This document shows positions 8,595 through 18,377 of a DNA stretch of 64,000 nucleotides, one piece after another. Within the stretch, counting starts at the first letter, position 1; each line of letters opens with the position of its first letter. This DNA comes from Promethearchaeia archaeon. GTDB taxonomy: Archaea > Asgardarchaeota > Lokiarchaeia > Sigyniarchaeales > SOKP01. The stretch lies in contig JAHQWJ010000120.1 in assembly GCA_029856125.1 (NCBI GenBank), positions 1-64,000 of the forward strand, in the 5' to 3' direction. Under the pieces are notes generated by a model. It searched no databases and had not been told where the DNA came from. It worked only from the letters and a program-made list of their open reading frames with translations. Position numbers and translations under genes: made by a program.

Positions 8595-10777
8595 ATGGCA
8601 CGTAAGAAAAAAGAAAAAGTACCTAGTAGGCCAAGAGAACAATCTAAGTCAAGTTATGGCTGGGCTGCAGAAGAAGCTGCTGATGAAAAATTAGCTGAAG
8701 GTCTAAAGAGATCTGATCTAGATAGCGGCAAGGTGATGCTAGTCGATAAAGATATTTCTACCCCTGTAATCGAGACATATGATGCAACTACGGGTGAATT
8801 AGAAGGATCAATTTTACTAAAAGATGGCAATAGAGAAGGAGTAACAGGACTAGTGAAAATTATTGAAAATGTTGATGTAGAGTTAGATCACGACTCTAAC
8901 ATAGAATCCATTAACTTTAAAGGCAATTTAAGTGTGGAAAATCAATCAAAGAAGGACAGGTTATGGGATATTGATCTTTCTCTCAAAAATATTGAAAGTA
9001 CCAACTTAAAATCAAAAGATATTAAAATCAGAGAGCTCGGAACTGATAATGATACTAATGCTTATACTGAAGATTTTGTCATTAAGGAAGAAATCAAAAA
9101 TTTGCTGCTTGTTCAAGAGTATGTTAACACTCTTCCTGAAGCCGATAACGTTCTAAATTTACGGGATATTGAAACTAATTTACTCAAAGCGAAAGATAAA
9201 ACTAGTAAGGCAGGCGCGAAAGTAAAAGAACGAGTGACTCCTGTAGAAGAAGAGGAGGAAGAAGGGAGGAAGAAGAGGAAGAAGAGGAAGAAGAGGATGA
9301 AACTTTAGAAGATGGAGGAACTGCCTCGGATGGATATTCTCTACAAGCTTTTGGAATTTCAATCGATAAAGAAAATACGGTTACCTTTGCTATTGCTATG
9401 AGAAATTTATTCGCAAAAGCAATTAAAAACGTTAAAGTTGTGAAAAATATTCCTGAGGATTTTAGCAATCCTGTTATAAGAGACACAACAGAAGGACGAG
9501 CAGAGGTTGAAGGTAATAAAGTTGTCTGGAACATTGAGAAGTTGATGCCTGAAACAACCGTTCTCATGAAATTTACCTGCAGTATCTTAGTAACAGACAT
9601 TACAAAGAGGAAAACAGGTACAATCGATGTAACATATGAAGCATCATCTTCCTTTGCAGAAGGTTTGGATATCGATAAATACGACGCTTATACTAGAAAC
9701 AAATTTTATGTTGATACGGTAGAGCGCGATGAAGAACCTGGCGTTTGGGATTGCAAGCTCGTTTTCGAAAACCCTTCAGAATTTATAATTCAATTGTTTA
9801 ATGCAGATGTGTATTCTCCCGAGGACGAATCTGTGAAATACGTTGATATAGATCCCAGTGATGTTCCATTATTACCGGCTGGTGCTCAATGGCACTCTAA
9901 AAAGTGGAAATTTGAATCTGAAGAATATCCTGCTTTTAGAAAGAAGCTCGAATTTCGAGTTATGCCTGATTTTCAAACAATCGTCATAGGAACTGCTTCC
10001 ATTGCTGATATTATATTAGAAATCGCAAGTATAGCAGGTGACATGTCTTACGACATAGAACAAGTTCCTACCTACAAAGAGAAAGATGTTATTGCCACAT
10101 TGAAGATGATCAATAATGGATCAGCCCCATTAAACGAAATCACCGTTGTTCAACAATATTTCAACGACGAATATCAACCACCTAAAGCTGATGAGATAAA
10201 AGTATTATGGGACCGAAAGGAAATTGAGCTTGATTCTAGATCTGTTAATTTTGACGGAAATGTTTTTAAAATTTCGCTGAAGGATCTCAGAAACTCGAGT
10301 AATGGTCTATTTATGCCGGAATCATCTTTAGAGTTTCAATACCCTGTTCATTGTATAAATCCCGCTCAAGACTCAAAGTTTGAATCAGAGATAACTTACT
10401 TTACTAATACATTCCCAGTTTCTCAAGAATTAGAGTTTAAGCCAGAAGTGCCCGTATTAGAAGCCTTACACCTGAGAAGGAGATTTAGAATTGGAAAGGA
10501 AGTCCTTCCAATTGGTGATTTAGGCAACTATGAAATAATCTTAACATTAGAGAATATTGGCACGGCACCTCTTCAAAAACTTGTTTTGATGGACAAGGTT
10601 CCAGATAGTTTTGAGTACTCTGATTATTCCATGAAACCCGAGATCACAGATGAAGTAGGACAAGATACACTCAAGTGGACAATTGATAAACTCATGGCTG
10701 AAGAAAAAATAGAGATCACCTATAAAATTAGCGGTACTGGAGCTTACTCTCCAAGCGACGCACAACTTGGACTATAA
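8595..10777 (+). CDS. One ~727-aa cytoplasmic multi-Ig/beta-sandwich protein (mu-homology-like N half, DUF11-like C end), split into ORFs 8595-9308 and 9398-10777 by a 1-nt frameshift at ~9264-9266
   Basis: The poly-Glu tract continues in the -1 frame (EEEEEEEEEEDETLEDGGTASDGYSLQAFGISIDKENTVTFAIAMRNLF...) with no stop into the second ORF. Confidence 0.8.
9246..9301 (+). repeat. Purine-rich GAA/GAG microsatellite encoding poly-Glu
   Basis: Repeated GAAGAAGAG-type units with one defective unit (GAAGG) at the frameshift. Confidence 0.9.
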
Positions 10778-10931
10778 TTATTATTTATTTTAAATTTTTT
10801 TTTTATATTATTTTTAAATTTTCATGTCCATTTAATAAGTATAAAAGAACTTCTATAACTATAATTAAAGAATATGAATACTGCTATTAATATTAAAAAA
10901 TCATAATATTAAGTATCTCGTGTAATGAACC

Positions 10932-12611
10932 ATGTCAAAACTCAAAAACCACTTTAATATGAATTGGATGTTTGAATGCCCTGATGCTGTTCTCACTTGT
11001 TCAACATTAAAATGTGGAGACAAATCATATATTATATTTGGGGGGCACGATAAGACCTTATACTTAATGGACGAAAATCTAAACATCCTTGATAACATTA
11101 CTTTTGATGGATGGGTGAGAACTACTCATGCTGTAGATATCACACAAGATGGTTGCGAAGAGGTTCTTGTAGGTGCTGGAGATGGCAATTTTTTGGTCGT
11201 AAAATTAGTTAAAGGTATCGACAAGCTAGCAGGCATTATGAATTTTAAATCAAAGGGTAAAGTTTTATGCGTTGTTGCTGGAGATTTTACTAGAGATAAA
11301 AATATAGAGCTGATTAATGGAAGCGAAGACAAAACTCTTAAAATTTTCGAAAATATAGATTCTAAAGAACCAAAGTACATTCTTTATTATGATTCGTGGG
11401 TAACTGCTATTACTTTGGGTTATCTAAAATTACCTGAAATTGATATTCCTATTTATGGATTATTAGCAGGTACTAAAAATGGGACGCTTCAATTAATTCA
11501 ATTTAAAGGAAATAAGCCAGATATTGTTTGGCAAAGAGAATTGGGGTCACAAATTAATACAATCGAAATAGGGGATGTTTCAAACGACGGCTATCACGAG
11601 ATTGTAGTCGGAACGGACGATTCCTTTATTAAAATATTTAATAGTAAGGGCGAAGAGTTAAAAGCTATAAAGATTGAAGAAAGTCGACCTATTTCTTTAA
11701 AAATAATTGATATCGATGCAGATAACGCTAAAGAAATAATAGTAGGCTGTGCTGATGGCTCGCTTTTCATATACCATAACCCTAACTTAGATTCATTAGA
11801 TATTGAGTTGAAATGGAAAACCTCCGCATCAAACTCTATTAAGATTGTTTCATCATTTGTAAATCCTGACGATGGTATAACGAACATCCTATTTGGTGGG
11901 TACGATAGAAGTATTAGGTGTATAACCGATTGTGAATGCGGCGAAAAACCCCCTTTAGAGATTCCGTATAACATAAAAATCTCGGAGCCTCAACCTACAG
12001 ATATAGAGGCTAATGAAGCGAAACCCATTATATTTGAAACCGTCCCAACTAACATTAGAGAATATATTTTCAAATATTTAATAGATAATAGGATTATAGA
12101 AGGAATTGGTGCAGAATTAGAGAAAAGAGGATATCTTACTGATAGTGTTGTAGAAGAATTTCAGCGAATGATTTCGGAAAAACCTGATTCCTATGATAAA
12201 ATAACATATTCAGTATGGAGTTTACCAGAAGATAAAATAGGTATAGGTGGCACGCTTGGAACTTCCGTTAAAAAGGGAAAAAAGATAAAACCCGTTGTAA
12301 TAGAACAAGAGATTTCTCCTCGAAAAGGAGGGGCGTTAATTGAGGCTTTGAAGCTGGAGGGAAAAAAGGAAAAACCCATAAATAATACACCCTCTACAGA
12401 AACTGTAGCTGAAATTAATTTAAAAACTATTATTATCACTCACTTAGAAAAATTCAAATTAATCCCCAGCAAAAACAAATTAATTGAAGATCTTGCGATT
12501 TTGGGATACGGTAGGGAAGTCGTTGAAAAACAAATCGATAAACTGAGACGTGAGGGAATCCTCATCTATTCACGCACAGAACCTAAGGGATGGAGTCTGG
12601 GGACTTACTAA
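10932..12611 (+). CDS. FG-GAP/WD40-like beta-propeller (BBS2-like blades) with probable C-terminal winged helix
   Basis: Repeats DITQDGCEEVLVGAGD, DFTRDKNIELINGSEDKTLKIF, DVSNDGYHEIVVGTDDSFIKIF, DIDADNAKEIIVGCADG; C-terminal IDKLRREGILIYSRTEPKGW. Confidence 0.75.
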   Translation: MSKLKNHFNMNWMFECPDAVLTCSTLKCGDKSYIIFGGHDKTLYLMDENLNILDNITFDGWVRTTHAVDITQDGCEEVLVGAGDGNFLVVKLVKGIDKLAGIMNFKSKGKVLCVVAGDFTRDKNIELINGSEDKTLKIFENIDSKEPKYILYYDSWVTAITLGYLKLPEIDIPIYGLLAGTKNGTLQLIQFKGNKPDIVWQRELGSQINTIEIGDVSNDGYHEIVVGTDDSFIKIFNSKGEELKAIKIEESRPISLKIIDIDADNAKEIIVGCADGSLFIYHNPNLDSLDIELKWKTSASNSIKIVSSFVNPDDGITNILFGGYDRSIRCITDCECGEKPPLEIPYNIKISEPQPTDIEANEAKPIIFETVPTNIREYIFKYLIDNRIIEGIGAELEKRGYLTDSVVEEFQRMISEKPDSYDKITYSVWSLPEDKIGIGGTLGTSVKKGKKIKPVVIEQEISPRKGGALIEALKLEGKKEKPINNTPSTETVAEINLKTIIITHLEKFKLIPSKNKLIEDLAILGYGREVVEKQIDKLRREGILIYSRTEPKGWSLGTY

Positions 12612-12616
12612 TTCCT

Positions 12617-13054
12617 TCAATTCAAGATAAACTCTTTAATCTCGTTCTGAAACGGTTCAAATTGAGTAAATTCTGTTAAGTCCTTGTTACTATATCTCGT
12701 TATAAAAAGATTCAAGATAGGGTCGATCTTCTCTAGGAATTTTTTAACAAACTTATCTGTATCTTTCTTCTTTTTATCAACTAAACCGTATAAAATAACT
12801 GGTTCCGTAACATTGTAATTTGCGGCTTGCATTTCAAGGGCTTTAAAAATAAATAAGATGTTCCCTGATTCTAAATATTCTAATGAAAGATTGTTGAAAG
12901 CAGTTTTAGCAAATGTGTTTATAGCTGAAATAAATCCTCCTCTCAAATCCTTGCTCACATTTTTAACTTTTTCCTTTTTTTCAATTTTCTTAAACTCGTA
13001 ACTTACTAGGATAAATCCTCGGAACACAATACCTATCTCGTATAGCTCTTTCAT
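12617..13054 (-). CDS. Stand-alone longin-like protein (~145 aa; likely start MKELYEIG, ORF track extends it to 13159)
   Basis: Beta-beta-helix pattern EIGIVFRGFILVSYEF...DLRGGFISAINTFAKTAF...LEYLESGNILFIF...FEPFQNEIKEFI typical of Asgard longins. Confidence 0.65.
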   Translation of the reverse strand: MKELYEIGIVFRGFILVSYEFKKIEKKEKVKNVSKDLRGGFISAINTFAKTAFNNLSLEYLESGNILFIFKALEMQAANYNVTEPVILYGLVDKKKKDTDKFVKKFLEKIDPILNLFITRYSNKDLTEFTQFEPFQNEIKEFILN

Positions 13055-13174
13055 TTTTATTAGTCTAATATTTAATAGGAAGACTTCTATATTATTCCTA
13101 TTATCATTATAAAAATTTTCATATTTATTATTACACAAAAATAAAATACAAAAAATCATTCTTAGGTTTCACAA

Positions 13175-13372
13175 TTGAAAAAAGTATGTAAATGGTATCA
13201 ATGTTGCCCGATTAAATATTTTGTAGATCACAGAATGCTCGAAAAAAAATGGGTTGAGGATTACTGTTTAATAGGAAATAAGAAGTGTATTAGGTATCAG
13301 AAAGAAGAGAATGGGGAATTTCATCCCGATAATTTACTCCCTAATGGAGAGATTCGAAAAGAGTTAAAATAA
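13175..13372 (+). CDS. Small conserved Cys-rich protein (CKWYxxCP...YC...C.RY...PDNLLPNG)
   Basis: Recognisable conserved small-protein motif; function unknown. Confidence 0.7.
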   Translation: MKKVCKWYQCCPIKYFVDHRMLEKKWVEDYCLIGNKKCIRYQKEENGEFHPDNLLPNGEIRKELK

Positions 13373-14053
13373 ATAACTATTACCAACACATATATCAATA
13401 AATTGTTCAGAAAATCTTTGCTTTATTTCCCTAATTTTTTGCGTACAGTGACAAGCTCCTATGAATTCAATTCCTTCTAGAAAATTTAAATTCCGAAATC
13501 CATGAAACCCGCCAATAATGGCTTTAATTTCGTTCGATATAATTTTACTCTTTAAAATAAATGTTTCTAAACCAGGATGTGCGCAGCCTGAGATTATTAT
13601 TAAATCATTATTTTCGGTTTTTAAAAACAAAGATTGCTCCTTTAAGAATCCATCTCCAAATTGCCCCGAAGAAAAAATATTCTTTTCAATCTCGAACAGA
13701 TCAGAGATGGTTTGAACTTGAGCTTCGGGGTAATCCCTAATAAAAGATTTTACAGCGTGGAGTGGCACGTAAATTTCAATATCATGGTTAATTTGATAAA
13801 TTTCTTTTAACCCTCCAGTATGATCGTAGTGGTTATGGGAAATTATAACTTTCTTTATTTCTGGAACCGTAATGTTAAATTTGTTTATGTTGTGAATTAA
13901 AATATCGTCTTTACTTCCTGTATCAAATAATAAGTGGGTTTTTGAGAGATTATTATAAATTAAGGCTGAAAAACCAAAACCCGTTAAAAAACCCGGTTGT
14001 GCGCAGATGTCGTCATAAACAATTTTAATTTCAAAAGAAAAGTCAGATTTCAT
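13364..14053 (-). CDS. MBL-fold metallo-hydrolase
   Basis: LFDTG, SHNHYDHTGG, GCAHPG, GGFH, CHCT. Confidence 0.88.
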   Translation of the reverse strand: MKSDFSFEIKIVYDDICAQPGFLTGFGFSALIYNNLSKTHLLFDTGSKDDILIHNINKFNITVPEIKKVIISHNHYDHTGGLKEIYQINHDIEIYVPLHAVKSFIRDYPEAQVQTISDLFEIEKNIFSSGQFGDGFLKEQSLFLKTENNDLIIISGCAHPGLETFILKSKIISNEIKAIIGGFHGFRNLNFLEGIEFIGACHCTQKIREIKQRFSEQFIDICVGNSYLF

Positions 14054-14111
14054 ACTTATAAAAAACCTTTACCCATTATTAACTATTAGATTCTGGTTAA
14101 ATATCGTATAA

Positions 14112-14912
14112 TTATTTTTTCCTTAAATTAATAGCCGTTTCAGGACATTTGGATACACATAACCCGCAACCAAAGCAATATTCTGGGAAAAAATGTAATT
14201 TTTCTGCAATAAGTTTTCTTGCACCGAAATTACAGTATTCTTCGCAAAATCCACAATTATTACATTTTATTAAATCCGTGTAAGCAATAAAATCAGATTT
14301 AATCATCTGAGGAGAACCGCTTTTTAAGAATTTATTCATGATGACACAGCAGCATGGACAGCAATTACACACTACGTAATAGAATAGTGGATTAGGAAAA
14401 TAAATAATCTGGTGGACTAAACCCCGTCTGTCGCTTTCTTCTAAAAGCTTTTTTACCTCTCTTTTTGAAACTTTAATTAAATTTTCCGATTTATAGGGAA
14501 TTTCGCGCAGCGATTTTCCAAACCCTATATGGATACATGTTTTAATAGGGTGATCACAATTTGGTGTATCTGAATGTTTTCTTTGCGTTTCTCTACAATA
14601 ACAATTAGAGATTCCAGTAACCTTTGATCTGCTTAACAGCGCTAGAATCTCCTGGGAAGGAAGAAATTTGGTCTCAATGTCTAAGTTTACATTCAATGGA
14701 ATAACCTTTCCCCCCCACCTACTCTTAAAAATGTACCGGTTCACTATTTTAAATGTGTTAATGTTTAGCTTACTGTCAAGAAACCTAAAAGTTTCGAGCA
14801 TAAAATATTCAAATACTCCGAATACAAATGATAGAATCTTACCTAAAATAGGTACTCTATCTAAGAGAATATCGAATTTTGCGTGAAAAAGCCTGTAAGG
14901 AAAAGTTGCCAT
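14112..14912 (-). CDS. 4Fe-4S dicluster protein
   Basis: CYCR...C...C, CNCCPCCC, CNNCGFCEEYC, CFGCGLCVSKCP. Confidence 0.85.
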   Translation of the reverse strand: MATFPYRLFHAKFDILLDRVPILGKILSFVFGVFEYFMLETFRFLDSKLNINTFKIVNRYIFKSRWGGKVIPLNVNLDIETKFLPSQEILALLSRSKVTGISNCYCRETQRKHSDTPNCDHPIKTCIHIGFGKSLREIPYKSENLIKVSKREVKKLLEESDRRGLVHQIIYFPNPLFYYVVCNCCPCCCVIMNKFLKSGSPQMIKSDFIAYTDLIKCNNCGFCEEYCNFGARKLIAEKLHFFPEYCFGCGLCVSKCPETAINLRKK

Positions 14913-15033
14913 AAAATTGAATCGAAACTACTTTTAAATTAAGGGAGAGAATTTTGTAATTAATTTAATTATTATTCTTTAATGATTTATTTTAATCATA
15001 ATCATAATTTTTGTGATAAAATTAATAGAATAG

Positions 15034-15555
15034 TTGAATTGTATGAGTAATACGGATAAAGAAGTTTTAGAGAAAGCGTTTGCATTGGGGAAAAAATACG
15101 AACAAGAATGTACTGGATGTGCTCAAACGGCGATCGCAGCGATTTTTGAGGCGTTAGGAATTTGGAATGACGATGTATTTAAAGCGGGAAGTGGCCTAGC
15201 AGATGGATTAGGCTTAACGGGTGATGGCTCTTGTGGAGCGTTAGTAGGTGCATCTATGGTAATAGGATATCTCTACGGAAGAAGTCGTGAAGATTTTAAA
15301 GATATGTATAAGCCTATGAAATCTTATACGCTTGTAAAAAAGCTGCACGATAAATACGTAAAACAATATGGATCCTGCCGTTGTTACGATGTTCAAGAAA
15401 AATCGATGGGTAGAACATTTAATTTATGGGATGTCGACGAAATGAAAGAAGCTTTCAAGTCGGGAATGATGGATCATTGTTCTACACTCGTAGGAGATGT
15501 AGCCAAACTCGCAACAAAAATAATCTTAAGAAATGGATTTAAACCGCCACATTAA
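15034..15555 (+). CDS. C_GCAxxG_C_C family putative redox protein
   Basis: GCAQ, GSCGALVG, GSCRC and a final C. Confidence 0.85.
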   Translation: MNCMSNTDKEVLEKAFALGKKYEQECTGCAQTAIAAIFEALGIWNDDVFKAGSGLADGLGLTGDGSCGALVGASMVIGYLYGRSREDFKDMYKPMKSYTLVKKLHDKYVKQYGSCRCYDVQEKSMGRTFNLWDVDEMKEAFKSGMMDHCSTLVGDVAKLATKIILRNGFKPPH

Positions 15556-15692
15556 GAAGTATTAAAATGAAAGGAATTAAGCTATTTTCTAATAGTGACT
15601 CAAGGAATATGCAAATTCATAATTTTTTAAACATATAGTATTTTATTAACTTATAACAAAAAGATTTTTTTTTACCTAAAAAGGTTAGATAT

Positions 15693-15941
15693 ATGTCAGC
15701 TCCAGATGATGAGACTCGATTTTGCCCTTATTGTGGTGTTAAACTCAAGCACCCATATTGGGAGCACATTCAATCAGAGCATCCCGAACGATACACACAA
15801 AAAGAAACGTGGATAAAGCTCTATCAAGATTATAGAAAACTAGGGATGGACGAAGAAATCTCGCTAACGGTCATCTCTGAACTATTTAACGCAACAATAG
15901 ATGAAATCAAATCCTTCTTGAAGAATAAAAACGCTCTTTAG
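15693..15941 (+). CDS. Small C2H2-type zinc-finger protein
   Basis: CPYCG...HIQSEH followed by a helical C-terminus. Confidence 0.75.
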   Translation: MSAPDDETRFCPYCGVKLKHPYWEHIQSEHPERYTQKETWIKLYQDYRKLGMDEEISLTVISELFNATIDEIKSFLKNKNAL

Positions 15942-16035
15942 TCTTTATTTTCGTCTTGAAATAATTATAATTTGCGTCTTGTAAAAAATAAATATAAAAA
16001 TAGTAGGAAAATCCAATAATTAGAAATTATTTAAA

Positions 16036-16323
16036 TTAAAAATCTTCTTCGTCTTCTTCTAAGAGTCCAGCTTGTTTCAATAAATCTTCAACACTGTCTC
16101 GCATTTTCATGACTTGCTCGTTTTCGCTAAGCTTAAGGTTATCAATGACCGTATCGGAAAATCCCATAAATTGTTTGATTGATTGACTCGAGAACTCTTT
16201 AATTTTCTCTGAAGTGTCCTCAATAAAATCTTTTCCGCTTTCGCCAAATGCCCCACCGACGAAATCTACAAATGCGGTATTCAATTTGTCTAAAATGTTT
16301 TCCTTCTTATCTTCATCACTCAT
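16036..16323 (-). CDS. Hypothetical acidic helical protein
   Basis: Clean ORF filling the gap, AAGGTAA upstream, acidic tail. Confidence 0.7.
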   Translation of the reverse strand: MSDEDKKENILDKLNTAFVDFVGGAFGESGKDFIEDTSEKIKEFSSQSIKQFMGFSDTVIDNLKLSENEQVMKMRDSVEDLLKQAGLLEEDEEDF

Positions 16324-16431
16324 AAAAGATTACCTTCTTTTTATTTAATTTAGTATTTGTTTTGTTCTTTAATGAACACTCTTTAAATAATTTTTTCCAA
16401 CTATTGTATAAATAGAATATATTGAAAAAAT

Positions 16432-17223
16432 TTATTTTGCTAATTCTCGATTTATCTGTTTTATCGTTAGGACACCTGCTGAAATTAACCAAAAACTAAG
16501 TGAGATCATCAATAACCATTCCCATAATGGTGCCCATTGCCACCAAGGCAGAAATGTCCAAAAATGATCTGTATACCATAAGTAGGGCACTGAATAAAAC
16601 ATGTAAAAAAATATCGGAGTTAAGATCCAAGAATTAATTACATATATAATACGTACTCTTTTTGGATTTGATATACCGATTTTTTCCTCAAGAATATCGC
16701 GGTAAAGTATACATTGTGTAGATATAAGAACTCCAGCAATCAATAAAGAAGTAAAAGCGAAATCAGCTACAAGGTCATGCCAAGGATACCCAATTGGAAA
16801 AATGTTATCCCATACTTCTCCGACATCTTCAGAAATTACACCTGTGAAAAATAATCCTACCATTGCTATTATCATACAAACTACTGACGCATTTGCTAGT
16901 ACTTTCCGCAATACTTTTGATTCGTCTCCAATAAGATTTTTTCTCATTTGTAAAGATACAGGAATTAATAATAGACCAGTATTCATCATTGCCCAATTAA
17001 TGATAATTGGCATCGGTGTAAGATCTTGATTCCCTAGGTCACTTATGTAATTAATGACTGGATTATATCCCGCGGGATCATAAGACGGTCCAGCAGGATC
17101 TAATAGACCTATCAAAAGTGCGGTTATTACTCCACTAATCCAGATAATTATAGCTGCAATAGCAGAAAACTTAACCACTTGTAAATTTGTTAAGAAGTCA
17201 TTTAGTTTTCTCATGCATATCAA
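16432..17223 (-). CDS. DUF998-like multipass membrane protein
   Basis: YNPVINYISDLG, HDLVA and WEW motifs; 5-6 hydrophobic segments. Confidence 0.7.
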   Translation of the reverse strand: MICMRKLNDFLTNLQVVKFSAIAAIIIWISGVITALLIGLLDPAGPSYDPAGYNPVINYISDLGNQDLTPMPIIINWAMMNTGLLLIPVSLQMRKNLIGDESKVLRKVLANASVVCMIIAMVGLFFTGVISEDVGEVWDNIFPIGYPWHDLVADFAFTSLLIAGVLISTQCILYRDILEEKIGISNPKRVRIIYVINSWILTPIFFYMFYSVPYLWYTDHFWTFLPWWQWAPLWEWLLMISLSFWLISAGVLTIKQINRELAK

Positions 17224-17269
17224 TTAGCCCTTATATTAATAAAGCTTTCGTGTATATTAAAAAAAAAGA

Positions 17270-18259
17270 TTAAAAATCAATATCTTGACCAATTCCTTCT
17301 TTCAAGGCTCTGTCGTATACTAATTTTCCAACTGCGACATCCTGCGCACTTATTCCAACCGATTTGAATACCGTAATTTCGGTATCGGAAGAGCGACTTG
17401 AAATTTTTCCTGTTATGATGTTCCCAATCGAAACTATATCGCTTTCAGATATAACTCCTTCATTTATAGGTATGATATAATCTCCCGCTTCAGCTATACA
17501 CGCTTCTTTCAGTCCAGCTACTAACAAAGATGCTTTTTTAATTGTTGTAGTATCTAATTCTCGAGCATCTGGGGCGTGGGCTCCTATGGAAGAGATATGA
17601 ACTCCTTCTGGAACTTTGTCACCTGAGAAAATGGGAGTAGTACTTGTTGTAGCAGCAACGATTATGTCAGTATTTAATAAAAGGTCGTCACTAGATTCAG
17701 AAATTTCGACTTCTATTCCGAGTTCTTTTTCAATTTCGCTTTTAAAGATTTCTGCAGTTTCCTTTTTGAGATCAAACACTTTACATTTTTCTAATTTTTG
17801 GTTTAAACCGTAATATACTCCAGATACTTGCTTTTTTGCTTGAACACCGGCACTATATATGCTCATCACTTTACTATCTTTTCGTGCTAAATATTTGACA
17901 GAAACTCCAGTAGCAGCTCCAGTTCGCATTGCTGTAATAAGACTACCATCCATAATTCCAACGATGTCCCCAGTATTTATGTCCTGAATCATCACTTTCG
18001 CCAAAACAGTGGGCATGTTGTATTTTTCCGGATTTTTTTTATAAACAGATACAATTTTAGTTGCGAGGGCGCTCATTTCACCTCCAATTATACCCGGCAT
18101 TACTAAAGTTAACCCTGGAGCGGGATCAGTAATAGCTATTCGCTGTGGAACAAAAGCATTCCCAAGTGTTAGTTGTTTGTAAGCTTCTTCTACGTATTCT
18201 AATGCATCTACCATGTTTAATAACTCTGCGACATTAGCCTTAGTTAGAATTCTTACCAT
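17270..18259 (-). CDS. Ornithine cyclodeaminase/mu-crystallin family (alanine dehydrogenase-like)
   Basis: MPG, KIVSV, TAMRTGA, AGVQA, FKSVGISAQD. Confidence 0.9.
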   Translation of the reverse strand: MVRILTKANVAELLNMVDALEYVEEAYKQLTLGNAFVPQRIAITDPAPGLTLVMPGIIGGEMSALATKIVSVYKKNPEKYNMPTVLAKVMIQDINTGDIVGIMDGSLITAMRTGAATGVSVKYLARKDSKVMSIYSAGVQAKKQVSGVYYGLNQKLEKCKVFDLKKETAEIFKSEIEKELGIEVEISESSDDLLLNTDIIVAATTSTTPIFSGDKVPEGVHISSIGAHAPDARELDTTTIKKASLLVAGLKEACIAEAGDYIIPINEGVISESDIVSIGNIITGKISSRSSDTEITVFKSVGISAQDVAVGKLVYDRALKEGIGQDIDF

Positions 18260-18377
18260 TTCTATAATTTCACCATGATTTAGATTTAAAACTAATTAGA
18301 GTATTATTCTTGAGCTATTAAATTTATATATTTACATTTTAAAATCATCTAATATTTCTTGATATAAGTGAAAGTTT

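Noticed and set aside
8595-9308. Independent 237-aa protein with an NLS-like tail
   Set aside because: The basic tail is the shifted reading of a poly-Glu tract; better explained as one frameshifted gene
13055-13159. N-terminal extension of the longin ORF given by the ORF track
   Set aside because: Low-complexity AT-rich translation of the divergent promoter region; ATG at 13054 fits the domain start
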